Shown one piece after another: positions 8,988 to 16,563 of a stretch of 16,563 nt of DNA (position 1 is the first letter of the stretch; the number at the start of each line of letters is the position of its first letter). The DNA lies in contig JBNJFI010000043.1 of NCBI GenBank assembly GCA_051746725.1, forward strand, positions 1 through 16,563. Direction: 5' to 3'. The translations under genes and the position numbers were made by a program. The notes under the pieces are model-generated. The model searched no databases and had not been told where the DNA came from. It worked only from the letters and a program-made list of their open reading frames with translations. The stretch is from Fusobacteriota bacterium (GTDB taxonomy: Bacteria > Fusobacteriota > Fusobacteriia > Fusobacteriales > JBNJFI01).

Positions 8988-10820
8988 TTACTCATCTACT
9001 ACTTCTGCTTCTTCTACATCATCATCAGGATTTCCTTGATCTGCTTGACCTTGTCCTGCAGCTCCTTGTTCTTGTTGCTTAGCTTGAGCTTCTTTATATA
9101 TTTCTTCTGCTATCTTTTGGGAAGCTTTTTGTAACTCTTCTAAAGCTGTTTTGATTGCTTCTATGTCATCGCCATCTTTGACTTCTTTTACTTTTGAAAC
9201 TGCTTCTTCTATTTTTTTCTTTTCATCATCAGAAACTTTATCTCCATTTTCTTTTAAAGTTTTTTCAGTTGAATATACTAATTGATCTGCTTGGTTTCTA
9301 AGTTCAACTAATTCTTTTCGTTTTTTATCTTCTTCTTCATGTGCTTTTGCTTCTTTTTCCATTCTTTCTATTTCTTCTTCTGATAAATTTGTAGAATCTG
9401 AAACTACTATTTTATTTTCTTTTCCTGTTCCTAAATCCTTAGCATGAACATGTACTATTCCATTTGCATCTATATCAAATGCAACTTCTATTTGAGGTAC
9501 TCCTCTAGGTGCTGGTGGGATATCTGTTAAGTTAAATCTTCCTAACTCAGTGTTATCGGCTGCCATTGCTCTTTCACCTTGTAATACATTTATAGTTACA
9601 GCTGTTTGGTTATCTGCTGCTGTTGAGAATACTTTTTTCTTTTTAACAGGTATAGTTGTATTTTTTTCTATTAATTTAGTAAATACTCCACCTTGTGTTT
9701 CTATTCCAAGAGATAATGGTGTTACATCTAATAATAATACATCGTCTACATCCCCACTTAATACTCCACCTTGTATTGCTGCACCACTGGCAACAACTTC
9801 ATCAGGATTTATACTCTTATTAGGAGTTTTATCAAAATAATCTGCAACCCAGTCTTGAACTGCTGGTATTCTTGTAGATCCACCTACTAAAATTACTTCA
9901 TCTATTTCATCTGCAGTCAATCCAGAATCTTCTAAAGCAGTTTTGGTAGGTCCATGTGTTGCATTTACAAGATCTTTTGTCATTTCATTAAATAAAGCTC
10001 TTGTAAGTTTCATTTCCAAATGTTTTGGTCCAGTATTGTCCGCTGTTACAAACGGTAAGTTAATTGTTGTCTCTTTTGAACTAGATAATTCTTTTTTGGC
10101 TTTTTCTGCTGCATCTTTTAATCTTTGGTAAGCCATTTTGTCTTTTGATAAGTCAACTCCATCAGATTTTTTAAATTCTTTTACCATCCAATCAACTATA
10201 ACTTCATCAAAATCATCTCCACCAAGAGAGTTATTTCCACTTGTTGCTCTAACTTCTACAACTCCATCTCCAATTTCTAAAACAGATACATCAAATGTAC
10301 CTCCACCTAAGTCAAATACCAATATAGTTTCTTCTTCATCTTTTTTGTCTAAACCATATGCTAAAGCTGCTGCTGTAGGTTCATTTATAATTCTTTTTAC
10401 ATCAAAACCAGCAATTTTACCTGCATCTTTTGTGGCTTTCTTTTGAGAATCTGAGAAATAAGCTGGCACAGTTATAACTGCTTCCTTTACTTCTTCACCT
10501 AAATAAGCCTCTGCATCTTTTTTTAATTTTTGTAAAATATATGCTGATATTTGTTGCGGTGTATATTCCTTATCCCATATATTTACTTTATAATCTTCAC
10601 CCATATGTCTTTTTATTGATGCTACTGTATGTTCAGGATTTGTTATAGCTTGTCTCTTAGCTAATTCTCCAACTATTCTTTCTCCATCTTCTTTTATAGA
10701 TAAAACAGATGGTGTAGTTCTAGCCCCTTCTGCATTTTGAATTATGTTTACATCGTTTCCTTCCATTACTGATACACAAGAGTTTGTTGTACCTAAATCA
10801 ATTCCTATTATTTTCCCCAT
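8988..10820 (-). CDS. dnaK: Chaperone DnaK (Hsp70)
   Basis: 610 aa; [28 protein letters not shown], linker [24 protein letters not shown]. Confidence 0.99.
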   Translation of the reverse strand: MGKIIGIDLGTTNSCVSVMEGNDVNIIQNAEGARTTPSVLSIKEDGERIVGELAKRQAITNPEHTVASIKRHMGEDYKVNIWDKEYTPQQISAYILQKLKKDAEAYLGEEVKEAVITVPAYFSDSQKKATKDAGKIAGFDVKRIINEPTAAALAYGLDKKDEEETILVFDLGGGTFDVSVLEIGDGVVEVRATSGNNSLGGDDFDEVIVDWMVKEFKKSDGVDLSKDKMAYQRLKDAAEKAKKELSSSKETTINLPFVTADNTGPKHLEMKLTRALFNEMTKDLVNATHGPTKTALEDSGLTADEIDEVILVGGSTRIPAVQDWVADYFDKTPNKSINPDEVVASGAAIQGGVLSGDVDDVLLLDVTPLSLGIETQGGVFTKLIEKNTTIPVKKKKVFSTAADNQTAVTINVLQGERAMAADNTELGRFNLTDIPPAPRGVPQIEVAFDIDANGIVHVHAKDLGTGKENKIVVSDSTNLSEEEIERMEKEAKAHEEEDKKRKELVELRNQADQLVYSTEKTLKENGDKVSDDEKKKIEEAVSKVKEVKDGDDIEAIKTALEELQKASQKIAEEIYKEAQAKQQEQGAAGQGQADQGNPDDDVEEAEVVDE

Positions 10821-10846
10821 TTTATACTCCTCCTATTATTGTATTT

Positions 10847-11446
10847 TTATTTATTCTTTGCTACTTTTACTAATGTTGGTCTAATTACCTTGTCTTTCAT
10901 TTTATAACCTTTTTGTAATTCTTGAATTACTGTATTGTGGTCATATTCTTCATTTTTTTCTTGCATCATTGCATGATGTTTTCTAGGATCAAATTCTTCA
11001 CCCTCTGCTTCGATTTCTTCTACACCTTCATCTTTTAACATTTTATGCATTTGTCTTAAAGTCATTTCAACACCTTTAACTAAACTTTCAAAATCTTGGT
11101 TTTCTTTAGAAGAATTAATAGCTCGATCTAAATTATCTACAGCTTCTAAAACTTTAATAATAACTTTTTCTGTAGCGTATTTTTCAAAGTTTTTTTGATC
11201 TCGCTCCATTCTTTTTTTTCGGTTTTCAAATTCTGCAGCTTTTCTCGCATACAGTTCTTTCCATTTTTGAGCTTCTTTTTTATGTTTTTCCTTTTCTGTT
11301 AATTCTTCTTTTGATTCTTGTGCTTTTTCTTTTTTCTTTTCTTTTTCTTCCTCTTTTTCATCTTCATCTAGAATCTCAACTTCTTCAGCTTCAATTCCTT
11401 CTTCAAACTCTTCATCTTTTTTCTTTTTTGTCTCTTTTTCTTCCAT
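10847..11446 (-). CDS. grpE: Nucleotide exchange factor GrpE
   Basis: 199 aa; AEFENRKKR, FDPRKHHAM, QKGYKMKDKVIRPTLVKV; located between hrcA and dnaK. Confidence 0.97.
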   Translation of the reverse strand: MEEKETKKKKDEEFEEGIEAEEVEILDEDEKEEEKEKKKEKAQESKEELTEKEKHKKEAQKWKELYARKAAEFENRKKRMERDQKNFEKYATEKVIIKVLEAVDNLDRAINSSKENQDFESLVKGVEMTLRQMHKMLKDEGVEEIEAEGEEFDPRKHHAMMQEKNEEYDHNTVIQELQKGYKMKDKVIRPTLVKVAKNK

Positions 11447-11458
11447 ATTTCACCTCTT

Positions 11459-12493
11459 TTATTTAGAATAATCAATAGTTTTAACTATTTTATTTACTTC
11501 ATCTACTACATGTTTAACTAAACTAGCTGTTTTAGAATATTCCATTCTTTTAGGTCCTATTATTCCAACAACACCTTTAGATTTACCTAATTGATAAGTT
11601 GAAAATATAAAACTTAAATCTTCAATTCCTTTTATCCCTAAATCTTCTCCTAAAACAATATTAACTTTACTTTCATCATATTTTTCATCTTTAGCAATGC
11701 TTTCAAAAATATCTCGAACATCTTTTCTTCCTTCTAAAAATTCAACTACATCCACTATATCTTCTGGATCATCTTGTTCTATACATCTAATTATATTTGT
11801 GGCTCCTTCTAAATAAAACCCAGATTTAAATTTCTTTTCAATCTGCTCTAATTTATCTTTACTATTTTTTGATCCTATTATCTTATTAATAAGTTTTTCT
11901 AAGCCAGTTACTACTTTATAAAGCTCTTTCCCTTGCAATATATTATTTAACTTTTTTGTAATATTTGGAATTTTGCTCTCTTCAACTGGTGTATGCAAAT
12001 GAATTTTTCTATTTCTAAATGTACTATTTCCTATAACTAATACTACCATTAAAAGATAATCGTTAATGTGAACCAACTTTATTTTTTTTACTAATTCAAT
12101 ATTAACATCTGGTTCAATAACTACACCTGCATATTTACTCATTTTAGATAGAAGGCTGGAAGTTCTTGCCAAAACCTCTTCTAGTTCTGTTAAACGCTCT
12201 TCATAAATCGAGTTAATATGTTTTATCTCTTTCTGAGATAACTTGCGAACATCTAATAATTTTTTCATGTAATATTTATAACTCTTTGAGGTTGGTATCC
12301 TTCCAGAGGATGCATGGGTTTTTATTAAATAACCTAATTCTTCTAAATCAGACATAACATTTCGGACTGTAGCTGAAGATACACCTAATTCGTATTTTTT
12401 TACCAAAGTTCTTGAACCAACAGTACTTCCTTCTGTTATATAGTAATCAATTATTGCCCCTAGCACTTTCTTTTCTCTTTTAGATATTGACAT
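11459..12493 (-). CDS. hrcA: Heat-inducible transcription repressor HrcA
   Basis: 344 aa; VGSRTL, SSATVRNVMSDLEELGYL, SSGRIPT, GIIGPKRMEY; CIRCE immediately upstream. Confidence 0.97.
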   Translation of the reverse strand: MSISKREKKVLGAIIDYYITEGSTVGSRTLVKKYELGVSSATVRNVMSDLEELGYLIKTHASSGRIPTSKSYKYYMKKLLDVRKLSQKEIKHINSIYEERLTELEEVLARTSSLLSKMSKYAGVVIEPDVNIELVKKIKLVHINDYLLMVVLVIGNSTFRNRKIHLHTPVEESKIPNITKKLNNILQGKELYKVVTGLEKLINKIIGSKNSKDKLEQIEKKFKSGFYLEGATNIIRCIEQDDPEDIVDVVEFLEGRKDVRDIFESIAKDEKYDESKVNIVLGEDLGIKGIEDLSFIFSTYQLGKSKGVVGIIGPKRMEYSKTASLVKHVVDEVNKIVKTIDYSK

Positions 12494-12511
12494 TTTTTCA
12501 CCTCTTTTTTG

Positions 12512-12538
12512 TTAGCACTCATCACTTCCGAGTGCTAA
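12512..12538 (-). promoter_or_regulatory. CIRCE operator (HrcA site) of the hrcA-grpE-dnaK-dnaJ operon
   Basis: Perfect TTAGCACTC-N9-GAGTGCTAA, 18 bp upstream of the hrcA ATG. Confidence 0.98.
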
Positions 12539-12549
12539 TATCTAAATTA

Positions 12550-12578
12550 AGTATATCTTTTTTTTAATTATTTGTCAA
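12550..12578 (-). promoter_or_regulatory. sigma70-type promoter of the hrcA operon
   Basis: Minus strand TTGACA (12578-12573), 17 bp spacer, TATACT (12555-12550), just upstream of CIRCE. Confidence 0.88.
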
Positions 12579-12610
12579 GAAAAAATGTAAAAAAAATTAA
12601 TATTACTTAC

Positions 12611-12648
12611 AAAATTAAAAAGGAAGACTTAAATTTAAGTCTTCCTTT
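12611..12648 (-). terminator. Intrinsic terminator after the osmoprotectant-binding protein gene
   Basis: Perfect 30 bp palindrome AAAGGAAGACTTAAATTTAAGTCTTCCTTT (12619-12648); minus-strand tail TTTTTAATTTT; 6 nt after the stop. Confidence 0.82.
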
Positions 12649-12654
12649 GCATTC

Positions 12655-13557
12655 TTAATCTGTTTTATATTTTGGTAAATCTTCTGTTCCTTCTAGCCAT
12701 TTTTCTATTATTTCAGGATTATCATTTACCCACTTTTTTGCATTTTCATATGGATCCGTTCCTTCTTTTCTATTTAGTAACATAACTTCTCCCATTTCTT
12801 TAGCAGTCCATTTAAAGTTATCTAAAAATTTAGAAGCCTTAGGTTTTTCATTTGGAAATTCTTTTGTAACTACTGTATCTATTCTTTCCGCATCTCCAAA
12901 ATATTTATCTGGATCATCTAGAAATTTAAGATCCCATCTACTAAACTTCCAATGTGGTTTCCAACCTACTACTGCTACCCAGTCTCCTCTATCAATAGCA
13001 GATTTTAAAGCTCCAACCATAGTAGCTCCACTTCCACTTACAAGTTCAAAGTCTTCTAATCCATAGCCTTCCATAGCCTCTTCAGTCATTCTCATTTGAC
13101 CAGCTCCAGCATCTATTCCTATTATCTTACCGTCAAATTTCTCTTTATGATTTGCCATTTCGCTTATTTTATCTATTTTTACATAATCTGGAACGACTAA
13201 TCCCATTCGAGTCTCATCCATATTTGGTCCAAGATTTACTATATCCTCCTTAGCAGCTTCATACCAATCTCTTTGGGGAGTTGGCAACCAAGCACATACA
13301 GTAGCGTCTACTTCATTAACCTTAAGCCCTTCATACATCATTGGGGGAGTAACCGGCGTTGCATCTACTTCATAATTTAACTTTTCTTTTAACACTGCCT
13401 TTACAATATTTGTACTGGCAATAGCTGAAGTCCACTCTACATATGTTAACCTTACTTCCTCTTCCTTTTCTTTTGATTTCCCTATATTACATCCAAAACT
13501 TAATCCTACAACAATTAATATCAATACAACCGACATCATTTTTCTTAACTTGTTCAC
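12655..13557 (-). CDS. Glycine betaine/osmoprotectant ABC transporter substrate-binding lipoprotein (OpuAC/ProX family), 300 aa
   Basis: Motifs YVEW, AWLP, GLVVPDY, IIGIDAGAG, GWKPHW.F.RWDLKFLDDP; lipobox-like LSFG-C. Start moved to GTG 13557, which has AGGAGG 8 nt upstream. Confidence 0.92.
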   Translation of the reverse strand: MNKLRKMMSVVLILIVVGLSFGCNIGKSKEKEEEVRLTYVEWTSAIASTNIVKAVLKEKLNYEVDATPVTPPMMYEGLKVNEVDATVCAWLPTPQRDWYEAAKEDIVNLGPNMDETRMGLVVPDYVKIDKISEMANHKEKFDGKIIGIDAGAGQMRMTEEAMEGYGLEDFELVSGSGATMVGALKSAIDRGDWVAVVGWKPHWKFSRWDLKFLDDPDKYFGDAERIDTVVTKEFPNEKPKASKFLDNFKWTAKEMGEVMLLNRKEGTDPYENAKKWVNDNPEIIEKWLEGTEDLPKYKTD

Positions 13558-13664
13558 TAAAATATCCTCCTGTAATTTCACACCTCTTTATATATGAGAT
13601 GCACTTCAATTTAAAAATTTTAAATACCATTTACCGACAATCGTCTTGTTTGAAGACGAGATAA

Positions 13665-13693
13665 ATACTAACATATATATTTTATTAGTGCAA
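13665..13693 (-). promoter_or_regulatory. Candidate sigma70-type promoter for the binding-protein gene
   Basis: Minus strand TTGCAC (13693-13688), 17 bp spacer, TAGTAT (13670-13665), with extended -10 TGt. Confidence 0.45.
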
Positions 13694-13765
13694 TGAATTT
13701 TCTGGATTTTAAATTTATTCAAAACATATATCATCGATTAATATTCTACTTTTTTGAATATTTAC

Positions 13766-13793
13766 TTGACAAAAAAAATATATATGGTAAAAT
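13766..13793 (+). promoter_or_regulatory. sigma70-type promoter of htpG
   Basis: TTGACA (13766-13771), 16 bp spacer, TAAAAT (13788-13793), with extended -10 TGg. Confidence 0.85.
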
Positions 13794-13797
13794 TCTA

Positions 13798-13824
13798 TTA
13801 GCACTCAAAGATGACGAGTGCTAA
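13798..13824 (+). promoter_or_regulatory. CIRCE operator upstream of htpG
   Basis: Perfect TTAGCACTC-aaagatgac-GAGTGCTAA overlapping the predicted transcription start. Confidence 0.98.
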
Positions 13825-13849
13825 CAAAATAATATGGAGGAGATAAATT

Positions 13850-15817
13850 ATGACAACAAAATCATTTAAAGCGGAAACAAATCAACTCTTAGATTTGATG
13901 ATCCATTCAATCTATACACATAGAGATGTTTTTCTAAGAGAGTTAATATCTAACGCAAGTGATGCCTTGGACAAAATAAAATTTAGAGCACTACAAAACC
14001 CTGAACTATTAGGCGATGATGAAAAATTAGAAATTTATATATCACCTGATAAGGATTCTGAAACATTGACTATATCTGATAATGGTATCGGAATGACTTA
14101 TGATGAAATGGTCGAGAATATTGGTACTATTGCAAAATCTGGATCAAAAGACTTTGTAAAAAAATTAAAAGAGGCCAAAAAAGATGACTCTAAAGATGAA
14201 ACAGATATAATAGGACAATTTGGAATTGGTTTTTATTCAGCATTCATGGTTGCTAAAGAAATTACTGTTATTTCTAAATCGAATGAAGAAGATAAAGCCG
14301 TAAAATGGGTTTCCGATGGTACTGATACTTATACCATCGATTATACTGATGAAAGAAAAACTAGAGGTACTACTGTTATATTAAAGTTAAGAGATGAGGA
14401 AGATAAAAAAGGTTTTAATACTGAAGAATTTTTAGAAACTGACAAAATTAAATCTCTAGTTCAAGAATATTCTAATTATATTAGTTATCCTATAAAAATG
14501 GATGTAGAAGAAGAAGTTATTCCTACAGATGAAGATGGGAATGAAATTGAAGATGCTACTCCAGAAACGAAAATTAAAACTGAAGTTCTTAATTCTATGA
14601 CTCCAATATGGAGAAAACAAAAATCAGAACTAGATGATAAAGACTATAATGAATTTTATAAATCAACTTATAATGATTTTACAGACCCATTGGAAAATAT
14701 CCATATAAACGTAGATGGAACTTTAAGATATACTGCTTTATTGCACATACCTAGTAAAGCACCTATGAATTTTTATTCAAAGGATTTTACCAAAGGGTTA
14801 AGATTATACTCTAAAGGTGTTTTCATAATGGAAAATGCAGAAGATCTTTTACCTGATCATTTTAGATTTATAAAAGGATTAGTTGATTCACCTGATTTTT
14901 CTCTGAATGTATCTAGAGAAATATTACAAGACAGTAAACAACTTAAAGTAATTGCCAAACATTTAGAAAAAAAGATATCTAAAACTTTTAAAAATATGTT
15001 AAAAAAAGACAGAGAAAAATATATCCAGTTTTGGAATGAATTTGGTACAGCTATAAAAAGCGGTATTTATTCAAATCCTTTTACTGCCAAAGATAAACTA
15101 AAAGATCTTTTAATCTTTGATTCTTCAAAGCAAGACGGAAAGACTACTTTGGCAGAATATTGCGAAAGAATGAAAGAAGAGCAAAAGGTTATTTATTATG
15201 CAACAGGAAAAGACAAAAAAGCTATAGATAAAATACCGCAAATGGAGCAATTAAAAGATAAAGACTTTGAAGTATTGTATTTCTTTGATCAAGTTGATGA
15301 ATTCGCAATTGAAGCAATGAGAGATTATGATGATAAAGAATTCAAATCTGTTACAAAAGGTGAATTAGACTTAGGAGAAGAAGACAAAAAAGAAAAAGAA
15401 GAAACTAAAGAGATAGAAGAAGATAATAAAGGATTAATTGAAAAAATCAAAGAAAATTTAGGAGATAAAGTTTCAGATGTAAAACTTACAAATAGATTAA
15501 AATCAAGTGCAGTTTGTCTAGTAAGTGATGACAATGGAATTAGTATGGGGATGGAACAAATAATGTCTCAATTACCTCAAGCTCAGCAACAACAGTTAAA
15601 GGCAAAAAAGATTTTGGAAATAAATCCAAAACATCCTGTATTTGAATCTCTAAGAAATCTTTATTCTAAAGGGATAAATTCAGAAGAATTAAAAGATTAC
15701 AGTGAATTACTTTATGATCAAGCAAATCTTATAGAAGGATTTGAAATTGATGACCCAGTTAATTTCGCAAATAAAATATCAGAATTAATGGTTAAAGCAT
15801 CTAAAGATAAAGAGTAA
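13850..15817 (+). CDS. htpG: Chaperone HtpG (Hsp90)
   Basis: 655 aa; FLRELISNASDALDK, DNGIGM, IGQFGIGFYSAF, NVSREILQ, LEINPKHP; GGAGGAG RBS. Confidence 0.99.
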   Translation: MTTKSFKAETNQLLDLMIHSIYTHRDVFLRELISNASDALDKIKFRALQNPELLGDDEKLEIYISPDKDSETLTISDNGIGMTYDEMVENIGTIAKSGSKDFVKKLKEAKKDDSKDETDIIGQFGIGFYSAFMVAKEITVISKSNEEDKAVKWVSDGTDTYTIDYTDERKTRGTTVILKLRDEEDKKGFNTEEFLETDKIKSLVQEYSNYISYPIKMDVEEEVIPTDEDGNEIEDATPETKIKTEVLNSMTPIWRKQKSELDDKDYNEFYKSTYNDFTDPLENIHINVDGTLRYTALLHIPSKAPMNFYSKDFTKGLRLYSKGVFIMENAEDLLPDHFRFIKGLVDSPDFSLNVSREILQDSKQLKVIAKHLEKKISKTFKNMLKKDREKYIQFWNEFGTAIKSGIYSNPFTAKDKLKDLLIFDSSKQDGKTTLAEYCERMKEEQKVIYYATGKDKKAIDKIPQMEQLKDKDFEVLYFFDQVDEFAIEAMRDYDDKEFKSVTKGELDLGEEDKKEKEETKEIEEDNKGLIEKIKENLGDKVSDVKLTNRLKSSAVCLVSDDNGISMGMEQIMSQLPQAQQQQLKAKKILEINPKHPVFESLRNLYSKGINSEELKDYSELLYDQANLIEGFEIDDPVNFANKISELMVKASKDKE

Positions 15818-15822
15818 GAATC

Positions 15823-15860
15823 AAATAAAAAAAGTCGCCTTAAGGCGACTTTTTTTATTT
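15823..15860. terminator. Bidirectional intrinsic terminator between convergent htpG and aldo/keto reductase genes
   Basis: Perfect 38 bp palindrome AAATAAAAAAAGTCGCCTTAAGGCGACTTTTTTTATTT, giving a T7 tail on both strands. Confidence 0.92.
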
Positions 15861-15888
15861 TAAAGTATAAATTCTTTATAGGAAAACC

Positions 15889-16563
15889 CTATGCTACTTC
15901 TCTGCCCCGAGAAGCTTCATATATTTTAAACCATTCCTGCTTTGTTAATTCAATTTTTGTTGATTCAATTGCTGCATTAATTCGATTTTCTTTACCAGTT
16001 CCTATAACTGGCATAATAGATGCTGGATGTTTTAATAACCATGCATACATTATCATATCTATTCCATCTATTCCATGATTATTTGCTACTTCATGTAACA
16101 CTTTTTTGAGTCGATTCACTCTCTCGCTATTACTTCTAAATATATCCCCGCCACCAACTGGAGACCAAGCCATTGGAGAAATATCATTAGATATACAGTG
16201 CTCCATTGTTCCATTTTCAAACTGTTTTAATTCTGTTACTGAAATTTCAACTTGATTAGTTATTAAAGGAACATCTAAAAATTTTTGTAACATATCGAAT
16301 TGATGTGGTAAAAAATTAGAAACACCAAAATTCTTAACTTTCCCCTCTTTTTTGAGCTGATTAAATGCACTGGCAACTTCCTGAGGTTTCATTAAAGGAT
16401 CTGGTCTATGTATCAACAAAAGATCTATATAATCAATTTTCATATTTTTAAGAGATCTATTTGCAGATTTTATTATATGTTCTTTACTTGTATCATAATA
16501 ATGAACTTTATTTTGAGGTCGGTTTTTAGATTGTAACATTATTCCACATTTAGTTACTATTTC
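15889..16563 (-). CDS. Aldo/keto reductase (YdhF/YcsN-like), 5' end outside the window
   Basis: Frame stays open to the edge (EIVTKCGIMLQ...); DYIDLLLIHRPDPLM, GKVKNFGVSNF, TNQVEIS, PMAWSPVGGG, AWLLKHP. ATG 16539 is internal. Confidence 0.93.
   Translation of the reverse strand, partial: EIVTKCGIMLQSKNRPQNKVHYYDTSKEHIIKSANRSLKNMKIDYIDLLLIHRPDPLMKPQEVASAFNQLKKEGKVKNFGVSNFLPHQFDMLQKFLDVPLITNQVEISVTELKQFENGTMEHCISNDISPMAWSPVGGGDIFRSNSERVNRLKKVLHEVANNHGIDGIDMIMYAWLLKHPASIMPVIGTGKENRINAAIESTKIELTKQEWFKIYEASRGREVA

Noticed and set aside
5812..10446. ORFs 5812-5997, 7746-8093, 8214-8525, 8224-8406, 8509-8718, 8871-9134, 9550-9840, 9943-10131 and 10138-10446
   Set aside because: All overlap well-supported genes (GerMN, dnaJ, dnaK) antisense or out of frame; long antisense ORFs are a known by-product of dnaK codon usage.
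11270..11446. Low-complexity T/C-rich tract
   Set aside because: Encodes the Glu/Lys-rich disordered N-terminus of GrpE, a common feature.
13740..13762. Inverted repeat AATATTC-N9-GAATATT upstream of the htpG -35
   Set aside because: 7 bp AT-rich arms are expected by chance at this composition; no match to CIRCE arms.
13443..15534. ORFs 13443-13664 (+) and 15325-15534 (-)
   Set aside because: Overlap the binding-protein gene and htpG antisense; no independent support.

Overview
AT-rich bacterial chromosomal window, mostly housekeeping; protein signatures suggest Fusobacteriota (inference, not a database result). Its centre is a divergent heat-shock locus: hrcA-grpE-dnaK-dnaJ on the minus strand and htpG on the plus strand, each behind a sigma70-type promoter and a perfect CIRCE operator. 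A stand-alone OpuAC/ProX-type osmoprotectant-binding lipoprotein gene lies between them. Downstream of dnaJ on the minus strand are yajC, then a closely spaced run of N-acetylmuramoyl-L-alanine amidase, GerMN protein, a membrane-anchored TPR protein ending in a degenerate Mrr-like nuclease domain, and carB (no carA). An exported alpha/beta hydrolase missed by the ORF track reaches the left edge, and a 5'-truncated aldo/keto reductase sits at the right edge. I saw no mobile elements, CRISPR arrays, tRNA or rRNA. The best candidate for an uncharacterised system is the amidase-GerMN-TM/TPR/Mrr-like module. Secondary oddities are a Lys at the normally invariant DnaK allosteric Arg and an altered ligand-pocket His in the orphan binding protein. 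I cannot establish novelty without searches.
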